Assembly: GCA_041649475.1 (NCBI GenBank)
Contig: JBAZNA010000001.1
Location: 814,594 to 878,593, forward strand
Reading direction: 5' to 3'
Length of the DNA: 64,000 nt
Origin: Patescibacteria group bacterium
GTDB taxonomy: Bacteria; Patescibacteriota; Patescibacteriia; Magasanikbacterales; GWA2-37-8
Numbering within the stretch: the first letter of the stretch is position 1; every line of letters starts with the position of its first letter. The translations under genes were made by a program, and so were the position numbers. Below, piece after piece: positions 59,380 to 64,000 of the stretch. The notes beneath the pieces are model-generated. The model was given only the letters and a program-made list of their open reading frames with translations. It did not search any database and was not told the origin of the DNA.

Positions 59380-60228
59380 TTACTCGGAAATTCGTTTTAT
59401 CAATCGCGCCAATTCTTCTTTTGAGTAATAATCAATCACAATCGTTCCCCGTTCGCCTTTGGCGGTTATGGTCACTTTTGTGCCCAGAGCTAAACGGATT
59501 TGTTCTTCCAAATAAAGAAGGTTTGGATCTCTTCTGGTTTTATTCGGGGTTTGTCTGGCCACACTGTGTTCAAGCTCCCGAACCGTAATTTTCTGCCCAA
59601 GCATGGAAGCCAGCATGTCCAGCTGTTTTTTCTTGTCGCCCAAACTTAAAAGCGCTCTGGCTTGTCCGGCATTAATTTTTCTCTCAACCAGGGCGGACTT
59701 AATTTCCTCTGGTAATTCAAGCAACCGAATTGTGTTGGCGACTGCCGGTCGGCTTTTACCGACTTTATCAGCCACGTCCTGTTGGGTTAGACCGAATTCG
59801 TCAACCAATCTTTGGTAGGCAAAGGCCTCTTCAATCGGATCCAAATTCTCGCGATGTACATTTTCAATCAAGGCCACTTCCAATTTATCCCTGTCGGCCA
59901 AAACTTTTATCACCGCCGGGATACTGGCCAAGCCGGCAATCTGCGATGCGCGCCAGCGGCGTTCGCCGGCCACCAGTTCATAACCGCCATCAGATTTTTC
60001 AGTCACCAAAATCGGCTGAAGAATACCATGCTGTTTAATGGAGTTGGCCAATTCCTTGATTTGGTCATCATTAAAATTGCGTCTGGGTTGGTGTGAATTC
60101 GGTGTAATTGAAGTAAGCGGTATATACCAAATTTTTTCCTGGCCATCCGCGCTGATGTTGGTTGTTTGTTTTTGATGAGAGCTCCCGCTTGGGGAAATTA
60201 AAGCTCCCAATCCCCTGCCTAAAGCCAT
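59380..60228 (-). CDS. parB: chromosome partitioning protein ParB/Spo0J
   Basis: ParB box GILQPILV...YELVAGERRWRAS and HTH. Confidence 0.85.
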   Translation of the reverse strand: MALGRGLGALISPSGSSHQKQTTNISADGQEKIWYIPLTSITPNSHQPRRNFNDDQIKELANSIKQHGILQPILVTEKSDGGYELVAGERRWRASQIAGLASIPAVIKVLADRDKLEVALIENVHRENLDPIEEAFAYQRLVDEFGLTQQDVADKVGKSRPAVANTIRLLELPEEIKSALVERKINAGQARALLSLGDKKKQLDMLASMLGQKITVRELEHSVARQTPNKTRRDPNLLYLEEQIRLALGTKVTITAKGERGTIVIDYYSKEELARLIKRISE

Positions 60229-60233
60229 ATGTT

Positions 60234-61007
60234 TTATATTACTTGTTCAAATCTTTCAATTAATTCCCTGGCCAATCTCTCATACGCTTTTGAGCCCTTA
60301 CTGCTTGGGTCATAGTGAAAAATGCTCTGACCGAAACTCGGCGCTTCGGCCAAGCGCACCGTGCGCGGGATTACTGACCGGAAAATATTGTCCGGAAAAA
60401 ATTTATAAAGTTCGTGCATAATTTCTTCGGACAAACTATTGCGGGAATCATACATGGTTAAAACCGCGCCCAAAACATTTAAATTCGGCTTCAAATTTTC
60501 TCTAACCATTTCAATTGTTTTTAAAAGCTGCCCCAAACCTTCCAGAGCATAATATTCGGCCTGTACCGGTATTAAGATATGATCAGCCGCGATTAAGCCA
60601 TTTAAGGTTAAAATACCCAAAGACGGCGGACAATCTATAATGATATAGTCATAAGCATGCTCGGCTTCTACCAGCACATCGGCCAATTTTCTTTCCCTGC
60701 CTTCCATATTAACCAATTCAACATTGGCTCCGGCCAAATCAGGAGTAGCCGGCGCCACGCGCAAACCGGCGTGAGCGGTGTTGTGGACAATATCATGAAG
60801 GCGCGACTCCCCGGATAAGGTATGATAAAGCCCTTTTTCCAAATCCTGATATTTTATGCCCAAACCCGAAGTGGCATTGCCCTGCGGGTCCAAATCAACC
60901 AATAACACAAATTTGCCGGTTTCAGAGAGAGCTGCAGCCAAATTTACGGCCGTGGTTGTCTTTCCCACTCCACCCTTTTGATTGACTATGGATATTATTC
61001 TGGACAT
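60234..61007 (-). CDS. parA: chromosome partitioning ATPase ParA/Soj
   Basis: Deviant Walker A NQKGGVGKTTTAVNLAAAL. Confidence 0.9.
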   Translation of the reverse strand: MSRIISIVNQKGGVGKTTTAVNLAAALSETGKFVLLVDLDPQGNATSGLGIKYQDLEKGLYHTLSGESRLHDIVHNTAHAGLRVAPATPDLAGANVELVNMEGRERKLADVLVEAEHAYDYIIIDCPPSLGILTLNGLIAADHILIPVQAEYYALEGLGQLLKTIEMVRENLKPNLNVLGAVLTMYDSRNSLSEEIMHELYKFFPDNIFRSVIPRTVRLAEAPSFGQSIFHYDPSSKGSKAYERLARELIERFEQVI

Positions 61008-61104
61008 AAGTTTAACATATTATAACACACGTTTTAGCTTGACTCAAGGCATTAAAAGTTATAATATTTAGCAGTAAGGGTAGTTTTATCCATAAATTCA
61101 TACT

Positions 61105-61665
61105 ATGAGAACAAAAATCTGGTTAATGGCAGTGATAATCATTATTTTCGGGATACTAATCGGCGGACTGGTATATTTTTCGCAAAAACTCGCCATGCAA
61201 AACAAACAGATCGCCGACTTTCAAAACCAAGTAAATCAGTTAAATACGGAAAAAAACGATCTGCAAACATTGGTTTTGAATTTGCAAAATCAGTTAAATA
61301 ATCAAAAAACACCCCAACCGCAGAATTTAACTTATACCAATGATAAATATAACTTCACCCTGACATTTCCGTCCTCATGGGTAGGTTATAAAGCGGGGTT
61401 TCGGCAGGTAAACTGGGGCACAATCGGCTCGGCCGATTCATATGACTTTGGTTTTGACGCCCAAGATTCAATTTTTAACATTGGCGTAATTTCTCATGCG
61501 CAGTGGTCAGCGATCCAGACCCAGGGCGGACCGATTCCAACCTTTGTGGGCTCAAATGCCAACTATGTGTTTGTTTACAGCATGTCCCAATATGCCGCCA
61601 ATGACACCATGGCCGCGCGCCGCAATGAGGTTGCCGGCATAGTTTCAACTTTTAAATTGAAATAG
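61105..61665 (+). CDS. hypothetical membrane-anchored protein with coiled-coil
   Basis: N-terminal TM (IWLMAVIIIIFGILIGGLVYF). Q/N-rich coiled-coil (QNQVNQLNTEKNDLQTLVLNLQNQLNNQ). C-terminal globular part. Confidence 0.45.
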   Translation: MRTKIWLMAVIIIIFGILIGGLVYFSQKLAMQNKQIADFQNQVNQLNTEKNDLQTLVLNLQNQLNNQKTPQPQNLTYTNDKYNFTLTFPSSWVGYKAGFRQVNWGTIGSADSYDFGFDAQDSIFNIGVISHAQWSAIQTQGGPIPTFVGSNANYVFVYSMSQYAANDTMAARRNEVAGIVSTFKLK

Positions 61666-61666
61666 T

Positions 61667-61972
61667 ATGTTGGATCTTAAACAGCTTCAGGCGGAAGTTC
61701 TGGAAAATAAAAAAAACAAAGGATTTAATACTACTGACATACCGCTTGAATTTTGTTTTTTAAATAATGAAGTAACCGAGGCCTTTGAAGCGTGGCTGAA
61801 AAAGAAAGATAATTTGGGAGAGGAGTTGGCGGATATCACTATCTATTTGCTGGGTCTGGCTGAAATTTTTAATTTGGATCTGGAAAAAGAACTTCGCAAT
61901 AAAATGGAGAGGAATAAAAATCGGGAATACAAAATTGTGGATGGGGTACCGATTAGGACTAAAGAGGCATAA
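61667..61972 (+). CDS. MazG-like nucleotide pyrophosphohydrolase domain protein
   Basis: EVTEAFEAW...EELADITIYLLGLAE helix pair typical of the MazG/NTP-PPase fold. Confidence 0.55.
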   Translation: MLDLKQLQAEVLENKKNKGFNTTDIPLEFCFLNNEVTEAFEAWLKKKDNLGEELADITIYLLGLAEIFNLDLEKELRNKMERNKNREYKIVDGVPIRTKEA

Positions 61973-61975
61973 AAA

Positions 61976-63061
61976 ATGACTAAAAAAATCCTAAAATGGG
62001 GGCTGGCAATAATTAGTTCTCTGTTTTTGTTGCTCATTGCGGCCGTGTATTTTTTAAATTTCCATCCGGCGCCGGCACAAGCTGAAAAAGTAGAATGCCA
62101 AACTATCGCTCCAATTTTAAAACCCGGACAAAAACTAAAAATTTTAAGCTGGAACGTTCAATTCATGGCCGGAAAAAATTACGTGTTCTATTATGATCTG
62201 CTTGACGGCTCCGGACCGGACGACATGCCGTCTGAACTGGACACTCTGGCCACCATAAAAGAAGTTGCCCGGGTGATCAAAGACGAAAATCCGGATATTA
62301 TTTTACTGCAAGAAGTTGACCAGGGTGCCAAACGCACATATTACCAAGATCAACTGGCGATGCTTTTAAATCTTTTACCCAATGATTATAAATGCAATGT
62401 TTCTGCTTATTACTGGAAATCAGATTTTGTTCCCCACCCGCGCATACTTGGCGCGGTCGGCATGAAACTGGTTGTTATTTCTAAATATAAAATTGACAGC
62501 GCCATTCGTCATCAGCTCGCGCTTATGCCTTCAGACCCGGTTACTCGGGAATTCAATTTAAAACGGGCTATACTGGAAACGCATTTGCCAATGGAAAACG
62601 CAAAGGATTTTGTCGTCATGACCACTCATTTCGAGGCCTTTGCTCAAGGCACCGATACCCTGACCAAACAAACCGAACAGACCGGCGAACTTTTGGATAA
62701 CTTAACTGCCAACGGCTACTCCTGGGCTCTGGGCGGCGATTTTAATTTGCTCGCACCCGGAAAACAATACTACCAACTGAACAACTTGCAACGCCAATAT
62801 TTTAAAGAGAAAACAGAATTGGAACCGTTTTTTCTTAAATATAATTCCGTACCGAGCTTGGCAGAAATAAATGGACCGGATGGAGATAGGTGGATTACCC
62901 ACTTCCCCAATGATCCGGACGTTAAAAAACCGGACCGAACAATTGATTATATTTTCATGTCCAAAAATTTACAGCCGGATAATCATTATGTTAGGCAGAC
63001 AGACACTCTCAAAATTTCCGATCATTTTCCGATGATTACGGAGTTGTCACTGCCCAAGTAG
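61976..63061 (+). CDS. endonuclease/exonuclease/phosphatase (EEP) family protein with N-terminal TM
   Basis: LKILSWNVQF..., PDIILLQEVDQG and C-terminal SDHFP motifs of the EEP fold. Confidence 0.7.
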   Translation: MTKKILKWGLAIISSLFLLLIAAVYFLNFHPAPAQAEKVECQTIAPILKPGQKLKILSWNVQFMAGKNYVFYYDLLDGSGPDDMPSELDTLATIKEVARVIKDENPDIILLQEVDQGAKRTYYQDQLAMLLNLLPNDYKCNVSAYYWKSDFVPHPRILGAVGMKLVVISKYKIDSAIRHQLALMPSDPVTREFNLKRAILETHLPMENAKDFVVMTTHFEAFAQGTDTLTKQTEQTGELLDNLTANGYSWALGGDFNLLAPGKQYYQLNNLQRQYFKEKTELEPFFLKYNSVPSLAEINGPDGDRWITHFPNDPDVKKPDRTIDYIFMSKNLQPDNHYVRQTDTLKISDHFPMITELSLPK

Positions 63062-63062
63062 G

Positions 63063-63092
63063 TTGACAAAAAGCCCAATTTTAGAGTATACT
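63063..63092 (+). promoter_or_regulatory. sigma70-type promoter for tRNA-Leu (TTGACA-18-TATACT)
   Basis: Consensus hexamers about 17 nt upstream of the mature tRNA 5' end. Confidence 0.5.
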
Positions 63093-63108
63093 GATTTCAA
63101 GAATTAAA

Positions 63109-63190
63109 GCCGAAGTGGCGGAATTGGTAGACGCGCACGACTCAAAATCGTGTTCCTTCGGGAGTGTGGGTTCGATTCCCACCTTCGGCA
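63109..63190 (+). tRNA. tRNA-Leu (anticodon CAA)
   Basis: Acceptor GCCGAAG/CTTCGGC, anticodon stem CACGA/TCGTG with loop CTCAAAA, long variable arm, T-loop GGGTTCGATTCCC. No encoded CCA. Confidence 0.85.
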
Positions 63191-63193
63191 CTA

Positions 63194-64000
63194 TGAATTT
63201 TTTTACTCTTATTATTATTGGCTATATCGTTATTGCCAGTATTGTTATTTTAATTTTGGTTAGGGATTTATTTTTTAGTGAAACGGAGATGACGAAAAAT
63301 CCAGCCAGCCAATCCCGCCGCAAAAAATACTATTTTAAAAAATGGATTTCCTGGACATTTATTATTGTACTCGGCTTGGGTATAGTTATGGCGATTGACG
63401 CCAGATTTATTGAACCCTATTTATTGGTCATAAACACAAAATCAATTAAAATATCAAACTTAAAAAACCCGATAAAAATCATCTTGGTTACAGACATCCA
63501 GGTCAGCGAATTTAAAAAACAGGACTGGGTGGAAAAAATCGTTAAAAAAATAGAGGCCGTTAATCCGGATTTAGTCCTGTTGGGTGGGGATCAGATAGAT
63601 AATGAAGGAACAAATCTTGATGAAAGCCAATATTTGGAACCCTTAAGGGAGCTGGTTGGAAAATATCCCATCTATTATATTTTGGGCAATCATGAATACG
63701 GCATCGGCGGAGCCGCGCGCTACACAACCAGTTTACAAACCGGCGATAAATCCGATTGGTTAAAAACAGAAATGGCCGAAATCGGCATTCCCTTGTTGCA
63801 AAATCAACTGGTTTGCCCGGAAGTAAAAAAAGAAAAAATTTGTATTTTTGGGGCGGATGAAATTTGGAAAAAACCAATCAATTTTTCTGATTTAAAAAAA
63901 TGGAATCCAAATGATCCATTGTTATTTCTGGTGCATAATCCTGACGGAGCAATGTATTGGCCGGATAATTTTCTAAAACCAAATCTAGTTTTGGCCGGAC
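63194..64000 (+). CDS. membrane-anchored metallophosphoesterase (calcineurin-like), 3' end outside window
   Basis: ATG at 63194. Two N-terminal TM helices. Metallophosphoesterase motifs LVTDIQV, LLGGDQID, ILGNHEY. Open to the window end, hence absent from the ORF track. Confidence 0.65.

Overview
This is a low-GC (about 40%) bacterial fragment whose gene content and architecture look like a Candidate Phyla Radiation / Patescibacteria-type genome. Supporting signs are short UvrA and UvrC, a minimal RelA/SpoT homolog, start codons largely without Shine-Dalgarno sequences, and giant secreted Cys-rich proteins. Release factor 2 (SPF and GGQ motifs, no programmed frameshift) is present, so the standard code applies.

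Most genes lie on the minus strand in tight, operon-like arrays:
- HD hydrolase; alpha/beta hydrolase; tRNA-Ser; ComFC; then a type IV secretion-like cluster (VirB8-like, VirB4 ATPase, a VirB4-adjacent ORF, a VirB3/PrgI-like 2-TM protein, a Pro-rich protein, a VirB6/TrbL-like 1057-aa protein, a SAM methyltransferase).
- groES-groEL-prfB-tsaC-rsmA, followed by a TSP3 Ca-binding membrane protein and a 2567-aa secreted Cys-rich giant.
- O-antigen-ligase-like protein, nucleotidyltransferase, YlmC, yidC, nusA; two tandem YiiX-type permuted-papain paralogs; PilB/GspE ATPase; ftsH; rpsA; uvrC; a GerMN/Gmad2 protein; uvrA; uvrB; an ECF sigma / anti-sigma pair.
- After a strand switch: gyrA, rel, an SBBP beta-propeller 1042-aa surface protein, parB-parA, MazG-like, an EEP nuclease, tRNA-Leu and a partial metallophosphoesterase.

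The most unusual content is a set of compositionally foreign, very GC-rich genes. Two adjacent Cys-rich lipoprotein genes (13423-15375, 15711-16166) have textbook sigma70 promoters, strong SD sites and a shared 5'-leader hairpin. A 55-aa acidic Pro-rich ORF (41368-41535) and a 239-aa ORF (1223-1942) show the same pattern. All four sit inside an otherwise AT-rich, SD-poor genome. A CIRCE-like operator precedes groES. No CRISPR arrays, integrases or transposases were seen.
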